Positions 35,534 through 45,722 of a DNA stretch of 64,000 nt are shown here, piece after piece. Both the position numbers and the translations under genes were made by a program. The number at the start of each line of letters is the position of its first letter. The stretch's first letter is position 1. The DNA comes from an uncultured Acidobacteriota bacterium (lineage in GTDB: Bacteria; Acidobacteriota; Vicinamibacteria; Fen-336): positions 71,959 to 135,958 of the forward strand of contig CAVOYO010000004.1 of NCBI GenBank assembly GCA_963700695.1, read 5' to 3'. The notes under the pieces are model-generated. The model was not told where the DNA came from and did no database searches. It was given only the letters and a program-made list of their open reading frames with translations.

Positions 35534-38500
35534 CTACCGGATCGTCATCCCCGGATCGGCGAGGAGGTGATAGATGGCGAGCAGCTCGGGCATGACGCCC
35601 TCTTCGGCGTAGACGGCCTGGGCGGCCAGCACCGCGTCCCCGAGCCTCTCGTGCACCCCTGAGGTGATCTCGGCCATGAGCGCCCGGTGGAACCGGTGCG
35701 CCGGAGCGTCGAGACTCAGCCCCGAGGGCGAGAACGCCCCGATCGTCCCCCGCCCCTCCACCTTCAGGAACGCCTCCGACAGCGAGTCGTAGTTCGGGGC
35801 CACGAAGTAGCCGTTGAGGCAGTTGAAGGTCAGCATCAGGGGCTGGCGCGACTGGGCCAGAAGACCCGCGGTGTCCCACGAGTTCAGCACGTTCTCAGAG
35901 GCCCACACCGCCGCGCCCCCGTGGCCCACGTAGCTCATGAGCGAGGCCCCCTCGTCGAACGACGCCAGGATCTCGGGACGGGTGTTTCCTCCCAGCTCCC
36001 TCAGGAAGAGCGTCTTCGTGGGCCGCCCTCCGAGGAAGCTCGCCTTGATGTCCAGGACGTCCGCCTCGAAGTCCCCGGCCAGATCCGGGTTGTCCGCCAC
36101 GAGGACCGCGGTGCCGGAGAGGTCCTGGGCCGAGTCCTCCCAGGCCAGGACCTTCTGAACCAGAGCCTGGGCCTCGGTGAGCGTCTTCGCGGGGAGCCTC
36201 CCGATCGCCACGTCCGGCAGGAGGTCCTCGCCGTTGACGGCCGCCGAGCGCGGGGTCGGACGCGGTCCACAGATACGAGGTCTTCGCCCACATCGCGGGC
36301 AGAGGCGCCCCCTGGTCGAAGCCGGTGAGGTTCCGGGGGTCATAAGACGAGTCCCCCAGGAGCAGCACGTAGCGCACTGAGGGCCCGGTCCAGGAGTGAT
36401 AGGCGTAGGCGAGGACATCCCGGATGGCCTGGGCCGAGGGGCGGCCGTGTCCAAACTCGGACGCGATCTCCTCGAACGAGACCGCCTTCGCCGTGAGCCC
36501 CTGGTCCCGCCGCCGCTCCAGAAGCGGCTGAGCCGCCTCCAGGAACGCCTCGGGGGCGATCACCACGTAGTCCGCCTGGTTCCGGGTGCTCCGGAGCGTC
36601 GAGCGCAGGGGTGTGGAGACCCGAGGCAAGAGCAGCCCCTCGGGTGAGGCGAGCACGTAACGATGCCCGGCCTCGGCCTGGAAGCGCACCGTGCCCGCCT
36701 TGTGTCTCAGGCCCTCGAGCCACACCGGGGCGTCCGGATCCGTCACGTCCAGACCCACCTGGGCCTCCCCGGAGACGATCGCCCGCCCCGTCTCGGAGAA
36801 GACTCCACTGAACAGCCCCGAGCGCAGTGCCGGGGTCTGGGGATAGACCAGATCCACCCGGTCGAGGAACACGAACGAGTACGCCCCGGTGTCCCCCAGG
36901 TTCGTCACGGTCAAGGAGCTCTCGCCCTCGAGAAGGACGGACGCCGGAACGCTCGTGGAGAAGACGTGGGGGAGCTTCCCGTCGAAGGAGGTCTCGCCCA
37001 GAGGCGTGCCGTTCAAGGACACGCTCAGGTGGTGCTCGCCCTCGGTCTCGGCCTCGGAGGCGCCCTGGAAGACGACCTGGAGGTGGGCCTGCAGAGGTGA
37101 CGTGGGATCGAGCCCTTCGATCGAGAGGGGGAAGGACTTGCTCATCCCTCCGACCACGAAGTCCCAGAGCCAGATGTCGGGGGCGTCGAGGAGGCCGGCC
37201 TGGTAGTAGCGGTTGGTCTCGAAGCGCTCCTGGGCGAGGGGAGCGGATCCGAGGATCGGGAGCTTCCGGAGCGAGGCGGAGACGAGCGGCATCTGGACCC
37301 CGCCCGTGGCCTGCTCGAGGGCGTAGGCGACCTCGGAGGAGTAGTCGGTGGAGGCGGCCTCTCGGGAGGCGTGGAAGTAGAGGACGCTTCCGGGCCCGAA
37401 GTCCTTCGTCTTCGGCTCGACGTGGACGGGGACGGGATCACCCTGTCGGCTGAGGCGGAGAGACTCGAGGGGCAGGGCCTCGTGTCCCTGGGGGAAGAGG
37501 GTCTCGAAGGAGACGGCGTGGAGCCCCCGGGTCTGGGTGTGCAGATGTGCGAGGACAGGGGACGACCCGCGACGGAGCGACCATGGGCGACGACGTCCCC
37601 GGGAGCCGTAGCCCGTCTCCGAGGAGGCGGCCTTTCTGTCGAAGGCGATCTTGACGCGGAGGCGCCGGGCGAGGCGGAGCTCGTCCGAGGCGGCGTCGTA
37701 TCGCAGCGGGCTCATCTCGAGGGCGAGCTTCTTGTTTTCGCCGATGAAGGCGTCTCCGGAGATGCGGGCGGCGAATCGGGGCACGAGGCCCGTCGGCCTT
37801 CAAGCCGGCCGAGCGGCGCCGGGGCCGGACGGTGCCGTCGGGTGAGGAGACGATCTCGGCCGAGCCCACCGCGGCGGGTCGGAGACCGGGGAAGGAGCGG
37901 GTGCGGGTCTCCTGGACCGAGACGACGCGCGCGTGACGCCCGACGACGGCGTCGAGGACGACGCGCTTCAACGGCAGGTCGGGGGCACGAGGATCAGTGC
38001 GACTGGTCGAACCCCGGGACGGAGATCTGGAGACCGGAGGGGGTCTCGGTGGCGACGAAGCCGGGCGTCGAAAGCTCCACGACCACGGCGTGCTTCGTGC
38101 GGGAGACGACGCGGAAGGACGCGTCCTCGGGACGCCCGTAGATCCGAGTCTCCTCGGGAGACTCGTCGGAAGCGAGATCCTCGTCCTCGGAGGCATCCGA
38201 TCCGTCAGGATCGGATGCGCCGGAGCCCCCATCCTCCGCCGGGGGCGCGGCCCCTGCCTGAGGCACGGCAGAGATGGGACCGTGGAAGGTGGAGCCGGAG
38301 TGGGCGTCGATGTCCTCGAGACGGTAGAAGTAGCGCACCCCGTTCAGGAGGCCGGTGTCGCGGAAGGAGTACGACGCCCCCTCCGGCGAGGAGCCCAGGC
38401 CGGGGATGAGCGACGACGTGATCCGCGTCCAGGGGCCGGCCTCCAGAAGCGACCGGTACAGGTGGAAGCCCAGGTTGTCCAGCTCGGAACCCGTCCGCCA
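35534..38500 (-). repeat. direct repeat copy 1 (about 3 kb) of the C-terminal cassette
   Basis: Aligns with 43473-46410 at a constant offset of 7939 nt, then 7938 nt. Paired shadow ORFs in the track are identical or nearly so (for example 36611..36811 vs 44549..44749 and 36340..36723 vs 44278..44661). Confidence 0.9.
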
Positions 38501-39706
38501 CGTGAGATCCACCGCGGAGTCGGCGCCCATCGCGTCGAACGACAGGAGGTCAACGGCAGTCGTCGCCAGGACATCATCGGCTCCGACATCCCAGGGGGTC
38601 TGCCGCACTCCCATGTCGATGTCGATGGCGAACGCAAGATCGGCGTCAGCGGACAGGTCGACGCCCTGATCCTGGGCCCACGTGTCGTCGGGTCGCAGGT
38701 GATAGTCGCGCCTCCGACGAAGACCGGGTCGGCCCCCGCGCCGTCTCTCGTCTTCGGATTGAGCCCAGGAGCGATCGCCCAGATCGGAGAAGTTGTTGGT
38801 GCTGCCCGCGCTGTAGCGTACCCCGGTAGGGATTCGCGGAGTCAATCGAGATGTTGTTCTTGGCGTGCACGATGGTGTTGTTGAACTGCGCGATGCCGCG
38901 GTGGGTGGCAGGGCCCGGTGCCGACGACGGTGTTGTTGTAGGCGTACAGCGTGCCGTACTCGGCGGCGTAGATCCCCGTGCTCGAGCTGGCCCCGACGTA
39001 GCCATAGACCACGTTGTTCCACACCTTGGCCGACGTACAGGCTGCTGTCCAAGGTCGTGGTGCCGAACGAGCTCAAGAGCACCGATGCCGAAGGCCACGT
39101 CCGGCAGACCGGCCGTCGTTGAGCGGACGATGCTGTTGGAGACGTGGATCTCCACGGGAAGGTCGCCGTTGCTGTCGCCCCCGTGAATCCCGTTCGACTC
39201 CGTCGATACGATCTGGTTCGTGTTCAGCTGCAGCCCGTCGATGCGGACGTAGCGCTCCCTGACCCCGATCACGGCGAAGTAGCTCGCGTCCTGTGACAGG
39301 CGGTAGGCCGAGGTGTCCCAGGCTCCGTTGTGCCGCTGGCTCGTCCCCACCTCCGTCTGGAACACCGGCGTGTAGATCCGGATGTAGTTGTCCGGGCCCG
39401 TCTCCCAGCTGTCGATGTAGACGGATCCGATGTCCTCCCCGTCCGCGTAGCACGGCACCATCATCACCGTGTTTGCCGTGACCAGGTCCATCGAGGGATT
39501 GACGTCGTCCTCCGTCGGCTCGAGGATGTTGGGGTTCTCGATCCCGGACTCCCAGTCGGCCAGAGCGTTGTAGGCGCGATAGACGCCGACCGGGGTCAGG
39601 GGCGGGGCCGCCGTGGGCTGAGCCCCATCCTTGTCCGCCACGCTGAACGTCGTGGGGGAGCTCCTCCCGACGATGAAGGCGAGCCGGTTCCCTCCCGAGG
39701 CGTACG

Positions 39707-42700
39707 TCAGCACGTCTCCGACGCCGACGTTGTCGGGCATGGGACCGGAGAAGAATGGCGGTCGAGCCCGTGATCTCCACCGTCCGTGCGCCGGTGTTGA
39801 GGTTGGCGGAGGTGATGCCGACCGAGCGGTAGAGCAGTCGTGGCGCTCTGGTAGTCCACCATCGCCGCGGTCCAGGAGATATCGGTCTCCTGAGCGTGAC
39901 TGGGGTCGTGTCTGACGCCCAGCTCCAGCCCGTCGACCCGGGCCGGCGTCCACTCCACGCCGGTGGGCGGGGAGCCCCAGATGACCTCTCGGAGCTCAAA
40001 GCTGGTTGTGAGGCCACCGAAGTCCGCGCTCCCGTTGACGCCGTCGACACGCCACGCGTAGTCGTGACGGCGGTCGGGTCCCGACCCGCGCTGCACCCGC
40101 CACATCCCCTTCACGGCGTTGATGATGCCGGAGGGGGAATCCTCGAGGGCGTAGAGGTCGGTGGCGTCGGTCGCGGCGGCATGCCGGTTGTAGTCGGTGT
40201 CATCGAAGAGCAGCTCGTCGACGTTCTCCCAGTGGTTGGGAAGCCCGACCGCCGTGCTGAACTCGGTCAGATTGCCGGGGCCATTCGGGTCGAGCCGCAC
40301 GATCTGTCCCAGGGGCGGCGGGGTCAGGGTGTCGATGAGGTAGATGTCGTCGTAGTGATATCCGCCGGGCGGACCCTCGACCTCGATGTTGTCGGTCGCG
40401 GTCCCTCCCGTGGGGTGAGTGAGGTCGATCTCGAGGGCTGAATCCAGCCACACTCGGAGCACGCCGCCGGCCTGTCGGTCGTAGATAAGGCGGATCGTGT
40501 ACCAGGTGCTGTCACTCAGGGGGGTGTTGTTGAACGTTCCCACCAGGCTGGATTCGTTGTGCTGGATGTCGAGAGCTCCCGTCGTCGTCAGGCGTAACGT
40601 CCAGAGGTTGCTGAGCCCATTCTTGAAGTGGACCATGGGCTGGTCGCCGCCGGGATTGGAGAGCTTGTAGAAGGAGAAGCGGAAGCCGAGCGTGTCGAGG
40701 GCCGGGGCCAACCCCGACGTCAAGACGCTGGCGGCATCGACCTGCCGCAGGTTGAAGAGGCCTGAACCCGGGCGCGTGTACAGCATCTGCACCAAGGAAG
40801 GAGGATCGTTGATCGAAGCGATCTCCGAGGCATCCCCGGTCTCGAACCCGATGAGCTTCAGGGCACCCGTGCCCAGCTTCACCACGAAGGCGTCGTTCCC
40901 GCCGTTGTAGGTCAGGTCGGGGCCGTTGGCGACCGGGAAGCTCGCCTCGTCAGACTGGGTCGTTCCGACGATGTAGACCCCGCCGAAGCCATCGAGGGCG
41001 ATATCGTTGCCGTCGTCCTGGTTCGCACCGCCGATGTAGCCGCAGTAGTCGAGGTCTGTCCCGCCGGCGCGGACCTTGGCCACGAAGGCGTCACTGGAGC
41101 CGTTGTGGGTCAGGCTGGGACCGACCCGGACGGGAAAGCTCCCCTCGTCGGACTGGGTGTCGCCGGTGACATAGGCGTTGCCGGCGCTGTCCACGGCAAT
41201 GTCGCCGAGGTAGTCCTCTCCCGTGCCGCCGATGTAGCCGCTGTAGTCGAGAGCACCCCCGCCCGCATTCACCTTGGCCACGAAGGCGTCCCAGAGCCCG
41301 CCGTTGTACGTGAGGTCCGGGCCCACCGTCAGCGGGAAGGGGGTGGCGCTCGCTTCGGTGGTGTTGGTGTAGCCGCCGACGTAGGCGTTGCCGGAGCCGT
41401 CCACGGCGATGCCCCGGCCATACTCCGTTCCCGAGCCGCCGATGTAGCCGCTGTAGGGCAGGGCGGTTCCGCTGGCGTCCACCTTGGTCACGAAGGCATC
41501 GGTGCCGCCACCGGGTGCGAGGGACGGTCCGACGATCGCCGGGAAGTCGTTGGAGCTGGTGTTTCCCGCGACGTAGGCGTTGCCGCCGCCGTCAACGGCG
41601 ATGGCATTGCCCGAATCGCTCGCCAGGCCTCCGATGTAACCGCAGTACGTGAGCGCGCTGCCGGTGGCATTCACCTTGGCGACGTAGGCATCGGTACTTC
41701 CACCGTTGTAGCTCAGGTCCGGGCCCACCGTCACCGGGAGATCGTTGGAGCTCGTGCTTCCCGTGATGTACGCGTTGCCGGCGCTGTCGACCGCGATGCC
41801 CAGCCCGATCTCACTCCCCGAGCCCCCGATGTAGCCGCTGTACGTGAGGGCGGTGCCACTGGCATTCACCTTCGCCACGTAGGTGTCGAACAGGGCGTTG
41901 TAGGTCAAGAACGGCCCCACGATCACCGGGAAGTCGCCAGAGGTGGTGTAGCCGGTGACGTAGGCGTTGCCAGCGTTGTCGACGGCGATCGAATTTCCCA
42001 CGTCGTTCAGCGTTCCGCCGATGTAGCCGCAGTAGATGAGAGCGGTGCCGCTGGGATTCAGCTTGGCCACGTAGGCGTCGAAATTCACGCCGTTGAAGGT
42101 CAGGTCCGGTCCCACGATCTCCGGGAAGGTCGCCTGGCTGGACCAGGTGGTGCCCGAGACGTAGGCATTGCCGGCGCTGTCGACCGCGATGCCTTCCCCG
42201 CTGTCGTCCGCGGAGCCGCCCAGGTAGCCGGAGTAGGCAATCAGAACGGGGTCCAGGATCAGGGGCCGGGTCTCGTCGTAGTCCCCGAGGCGGAATCCAT
42301 AGTGATAAGCGTCAGGCCCTGGCGTCGCTTCCAGCGCAAAGGACGCCTCCACCTCCAGCTGCTCGCCTCCCACCTCCTGGAAGGCGTAGGGCACGTCGTC
42401 CTCGAACCCGCCCAGCGGCGTAGAGACCGCGAGTCGCCCGTGCTCCGTCAGCCGCACGTCGGTGGCTCCCCGGTAGGCGAGCTGAATCCAGCTCGGGTCG
42501 GCTCCCGGTTGGACGACGAAGGTGTACTTCAGGCGACTCGTCGTCCCGCTGTAGACCAGGTCGATACCCGGCCAGAGATCTCGATAGACGACGCCGCCAT
42601 AGGTCGGAAGCCCCGTCTTCCAGTCCGACCGGCTGCCGGTGAAGTAGCTGACGACCGCCTCGGTGGGCTCCTGGCCCGTCGGTCTGGCATCCCTGTTGCC

Positions 42701-43198
42701 ATCCACGAAGTCGAGCTTCATTGCCCAGCGCTGTCTCGCCGCGGCGAGGGGATCTTCTGGCTCGACGGGATCACCGGATCCCGCGAAGGCAAAGGTCACG
42801 CCGTCCGACGTGAAGAAGACGCCTCCACGGCTGCCCTGCAGGTAGAAGGCGACTCGGGGGTCGACCTGTCCGCGGTTCTCGATGAAGTACAAGGGGAGCT
42901 TCCCGAACGCCGCTCTCACCCGGCTCTGTGTCGCCGAGTCCAGTGTGACGGGCTGTGCCTGTGGACTCCCGAGAGAACCGCCGCTGTGGGCCATCGCCCA
43001 AGAGGCCGCTGCCCCGCTCACGGGAGGCTGGTGCCTCGCGTCCTGAAGGGCCCACCGGTGGGGCTCTGCGTTGCTGACGGGGCGGTGCATCGCGAGGAGC
43101 ATCACCCCGCCGGCGAGAAGCCATGTGCTACGGCTCTTCACAAGCCTTGCTGTGCGGCTCGGCGGTCCAATCCCGGTTCGAGACGAAGTCCTCTTCAA
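39707..43198 (-). CDS. largest intact segment of X1 (SBBP-repeat head plus LamG-like region)
   Basis: About ten repeats of the type YSGYIGGSG.D.G.GIAVDSAGNAYVTG.T.S.DFP, matching SBBP beta-propeller repeats. Likely signal peptide: KSRSTWLLAGGVMLLAMHRPVSNA. An alternative GTG start is at 43141. Confidence 0.75.
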   Translation of the reverse strand: MKRTSSRTGIGPPSRTARLVKSRSTWLLAGGVMLLAMHRPVSNAEPHRWALQDARHQPPVSGAAASWAMAHSGGSLGSPQAQPVTLDSATQSRVRAAFGKLPLYFIENRGQVDPRVAFYLQGSRGGVFFTSDGVTFAFAGSGDPVEPEDPLAAARQRWAMKLDFVDGNRDARPTGQEPTEAVVSYFTGSRSDWKTGLPTYGGVVYRDLWPGIDLVYSGTTSRLKYTFVVQPGADPSWIQLAYRGATDVRLTEHGRLAVSTPLGGFEDDVPYAFQEVGGEQLEVEASFALEATPGPDAYHYGFRLGDYDETRPLILDPVLIAYSGYLGGSADDSGEGIAVDSAGNAYVSGTTWSSQATFPEIVGPDLTFNGVNFDAYVAKLNPSGTALIYCGYIGGTLNDVGNSIAVDNAGNAYVTGYTTSGDFPVIVGPFLTYNALFDTYVAKVNASGTALTYSGYIGGSGSEIGLGIAVDSAGNAYITGSTSSNDLPVTVGPDLSYNGGSTDAYVAKVNATGSALTYCGYIGGLASDSGNAIAVDGGGNAYVAGNTSSNDFPAIVGPSLAPGGGTDAFVTKVDASGTALPYSGYIGGSGTEYGRGIAVDGSGNAYVGGYTNTTEASATPFPLTVGPDLTYNGGLWDAFVAKVNAGGGALDYSGYIGGTGEDYLGDIAVDSAGNAYVTGDTQSDEGSFPVRVGPSLTHNGSSDAFVAKVRAGGTDLDYCGYIGGANQDDGNDIALDGFGGVYIVGTTQSDEASFPVANGPDLTYNGGNDAFVVKLGTGALKLIGFETGDASEIASINDPPSLVQMLYTRPGSGLFNLRQVDAASVLTSGLAPALDTLGFRFSFYKLSNPGGDQPMVHFKNGLSNLWTLRLTTTGALDIQHNESSLVGTFNNTPLSDSTWYTIRLIYDRQAGGVLRVWLDSALEIDLTHPTGGTATDNIEVEGPPGGYHYDDIYLIDTLTPPPLGQIVRLDPNGPGNLTEFSTAVGLPNHWENVDELLFDDTDYNRHAAATDATDLYALEDSPSGIINAVKGMWRVQRGSGPDRRHDYAWRVDGVNGSADFGGLTTSFELREVIWGSPPTGVEWTPARVDGLELGVRHDPSHAQETDISWTAAMVDYQSATTALPLGRHHLRQPQHRRTDGGDHGLDRHSSPVPCPTTSASETC

Positions 43199-43472
43199 GG
43201 CGCTCCTCGACCCCCTGTCCCGCGAGCTGCAAGAACGTCACCAGGCTTCGTGGCCGCCGACAAATGTCTACCGATCAATCACTTCCGCGAAGGAGCGGCA
43301 TCTTCATGCGGGTGAGCGGCACCCAAGGGTTCAGAGAATGTCCCGTTCTCGGACACCACGTTCTCGATTCTCAAGACGCCGCTGGGATGTCCCGGGGCTC
43401 AGGTCGCTGGTCGTTCGTCCGGCGTGCACACGCATCGGGGATGCGTGAGGCGAGAACTGACTCCGCAGCCCG

Positions 43473-45722
43473 CTACCGGATCCTCATCCCCGGGTCGGCG
43501 AGGAGCTGATAGATGGCGAGCAGCTCGGGCATGACGCCCTCTTCGGCGTAGGCGGCCTGGGCGGCGAGGACCGCGTCCCCGAGCCTCTCGTGCGTCCCCG
43601 CCGTGATCTCGGCCATGAGCGCCCGGTGGTACCTGTGGGCCGGGCCGTCCAGGCTCAGCCCCGAGGGCGAGAACGCTCCCACCGTCCCCCGTCCCTCCAC
43701 CTTCAGGAACGCCTCCGACAGCGAGTCGTAGTTCGGGGCCACGAAGTAGCCGTTGAGGCAGTTGAAGGTCAGCATCAGGGGCTGGCGCGACTGGGCCAGA
43801 AGACCCGCGGTGTCCCACGAGTTCAACACGTTCTCAGAGGCCCACACCGCCGCGCCCCCGTGGCCCACGTAGCTCATGAGCGAGGCCCCCTCGTCGAACG
43901 ACGCCAGGATCTCGGGACGGGTGTTCCCTCCCAGCTCCCTCAGGAAGAGCGTCTTCGTGCTCCGTCCCCCGAGGAAGCTCGCCTGGATGTCCAGGACGTC
44001 CGCCTCGAAGTCCCCGGCCAGATCCGGGTTGTCCGCCACGAGGACCGCGGTGCCGGAGAGGTCCTGGGCCGTGTCCTCCCAGGCCAGGACCTTCTGGACG
44101 AGCGCGTGAGCCTCTTCGAGCGTCTTCGCGGGGAGCCTCCCGATCGCGACGTCCGGCAGGAGGTCCTCGCCGTTGACGGCCGCGAGAGCGGGGTCGGACG
44201 CGGTCCACAGATACGAGGTCTTCGCCCACATCGCGGGCAGAGGCGCCCCCTGGTCGAAGCCGGTGAGGTTCCGGGGGTCATAGGACGAGTCCCCCAGGAG
44301 CAGCACGTAGCGCACTGAGGGCCCGGTCCAGGAGTGATAGGCGTAGGCGAGGACATCCCGGATGGCCTGGGCCGAGGGGCGGCCGTGACCAAACTCGGAC
44401 GCGATCTCCTCGAACGAGACCGCCTTCGCCGTGAGCCCCTGGTCCCGCCGGCGCTCCAGAAGCGGCTGAGCCGCCTCCAGGAACGCCTCGGGGGCGATCA
44501 CCACGTAGTCCGCCTGGTTCCGGGTGCTCCGGAGCGTCGAGCGCAGGGGTGTGGAGACCCGAGGCAAGAGCAGCCCCTCGGGTGAGGCGAGCACGTAACG
44601 ATGCCCGGCCTCGGCCTGGAAGCGCACCGTGCCCGCCTTGTGTCTCAGGCCCTCGAGCCACACCGGGGCGTCCGGATCCGTCACGTCCAGACCCACCTGG
44701 GCCTCCCCGGAGACGATCGCCCGCCCCGTCTCGGAGAAGACTCCACTGAACAGCCCCGAGCGCAGTGCCGGCGTCTGGGGATAGACCAGATCCACCCGGT
44801 CGAGGAACACGAACGAGTACGCCCCGGTGTCCCCCAGGTTCGTCACGGTCAAGGAGCTCTCGCCCTCGAGAAGGACGGACGCCGGAACGCTCGTGGAGAA
44901 GACGTGGGGGAGCTTCCCGTCGAAGGAGGTCTCGCCCAGAGGCGTGCCGTTCAAGGACACGCTCAGGTGGTGCTCGCCCTCGGTCTCGGCCTCGGAGGCG
45001 CCCTGGAAGACGACCTGGAGGTGGGCCTGCAGAGGTGACGTGGGATCGAGCCCTTCGATCGAGAGGGGGAAGGACTTGCTCATCCCCCCGACCACGAAGT
45101 CCCAGAGCCAGATGTCGGGGGCGTCGAGGAGGCCGGCCTGGTAGTAGCGGTTGGTCTCGAAGCGCTCCTGGGCGAGGGGAGCGGATCCGAGGATCGGGAG
45201 CTTCCGGAGCGAGGCGGAGACGAGCGGCATCTGGACCCCGCCCGTCGTCTGCTCGAGGGCGTAGGCGACCTCGGAGGAGTAGTCGGTGGAGGCGGCCTCC
45301 TGGGAGGCGTGGAAGTAGAGGACGCTTCCGGGCCCGAAGTCCTTCGTCTTCGGCTCGACGTGGACGGGGACGGGATCACCCTGGCGGCTGAGGCGGAGGG
45401 ATTCGAGGGGCAGGGCCTCGTGTCCCTGGGGGAAGAGGGTCTCGAAGGAGACGGCGTGGAGCCCCCGGGTCTGGGTGTGCAGATGTGCGAGGACGGGGGA
45501 CGACCCGCGCCGCAGCGAGCGTGGGCGACGACGTCCCCGGGAGCCGTAGCCCGTCTCCGAGGAGGCGGCCTTTCTGTCGAAGGCGATCTTGACGCGGAGG
45601 CGTCGGGCGAGGCGGAGCTCGTCCGAGGCGGCGTCGTACCGCAGGGGGCTCATCTCGAGGGCGAGCTTCTTCGTCTCCCCGATGAAGGCGTCTCCGGCGA
45701 TCCGGGCGGCGAAGGGGGGCAC
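43473..45722 (-). CDS. C25 (gingipain-like) cysteine protease module of X2, uninterrupted 749-aa ORF
   Basis: Motifs: ADYVVIAPEAFLEAAQPL, RYVLLLGDSSYDPRN, AIGRLPAKT, SYVGHGG (His codon 43860-43862), TFNCLNGYF (Cys codon 43758-43760). These align in order and spacing with the gingipain His/Cys dyad region as I recall it. Confidence 0.8.
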   Translation of the reverse strand: MPPFAARIAGDAFIGETKKLALEMSPLRYDAASDELRLARRLRVKIAFDRKAASSETGYGSRGRRRPRSLRRGSSPVLAHLHTQTRGLHAVSFETLFPQGHEALPLESLRLSRQGDPVPVHVEPKTKDFGPGSVLYFHASQEAASTDYSSEVAYALEQTTGGVQMPLVSASLRKLPILGSAPLAQERFETNRYYQAGLLDAPDIWLWDFVVGGMSKSFPLSIEGLDPTSPLQAHLQVVFQGASEAETEGEHHLSVSLNGTPLGETSFDGKLPHVFSTSVPASVLLEGESSLTVTNLGDTGAYSFVFLDRVDLVYPQTPALRSGLFSGVFSETGRAIVSGEAQVGLDVTDPDAPVWLEGLRHKAGTVRFQAEAGHRYVLASPEGLLLPRVSTPLRSTLRSTRNQADYVVIAPEAFLEAAQPLLERRRDQGLTAKAVSFEEIASEFGHGRPSAQAIRDVLAYAYHSWTGPSVRYVLLLGDSSYDPRNLTGFDQGAPLPAMWAKTSYLWTASDPALAAVNGEDLLPDVAIGRLPAKTLEEAHALVQKVLAWEDTAQDLSGTAVLVADNPDLAGDFEADVLDIQASFLGGRSTKTLFLRELGGNTRPEILASFDEGASLMSYVGHGGAAVWASENVLNSWDTAGLLAQSRQPLMLTFNCLNGYFVAPNYDSLSEAFLKVEGRGTVGAFSPSGLSLDGPAHRYHRALMAEITAGTHERLGDAVLAAQAAYAEEGVMPELLAIYQLLADPGMRIR

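Larger units (their letters stand above)
35534..43198 (-). pseudogene. giant surface protein locus X1: signal peptide, SBBP beta-propeller repeats, LamG-like domain, beta-helix domain, Ig-like LxW..E.NLGFHLYR domain, acidic linker, C25 propeptide and C25 protease; at least 8 frameshifts
   Basis: Coding sequence can be followed through ORFs 39707..43198, 39073..40050, 38646..39953, 38842..39024, 37994..39082, 37438..38232, 35895..37784 and 35534..36454. Shifts are near 39840, 39755, 39085, 39020, 38900, 38820, 37998, 37795 and 36250. C25 dyad codons are intact: His 35920-35922 (YVGHGG), Cys 35819-35821 (TFNCLNGYF). Confidence 0.65.
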
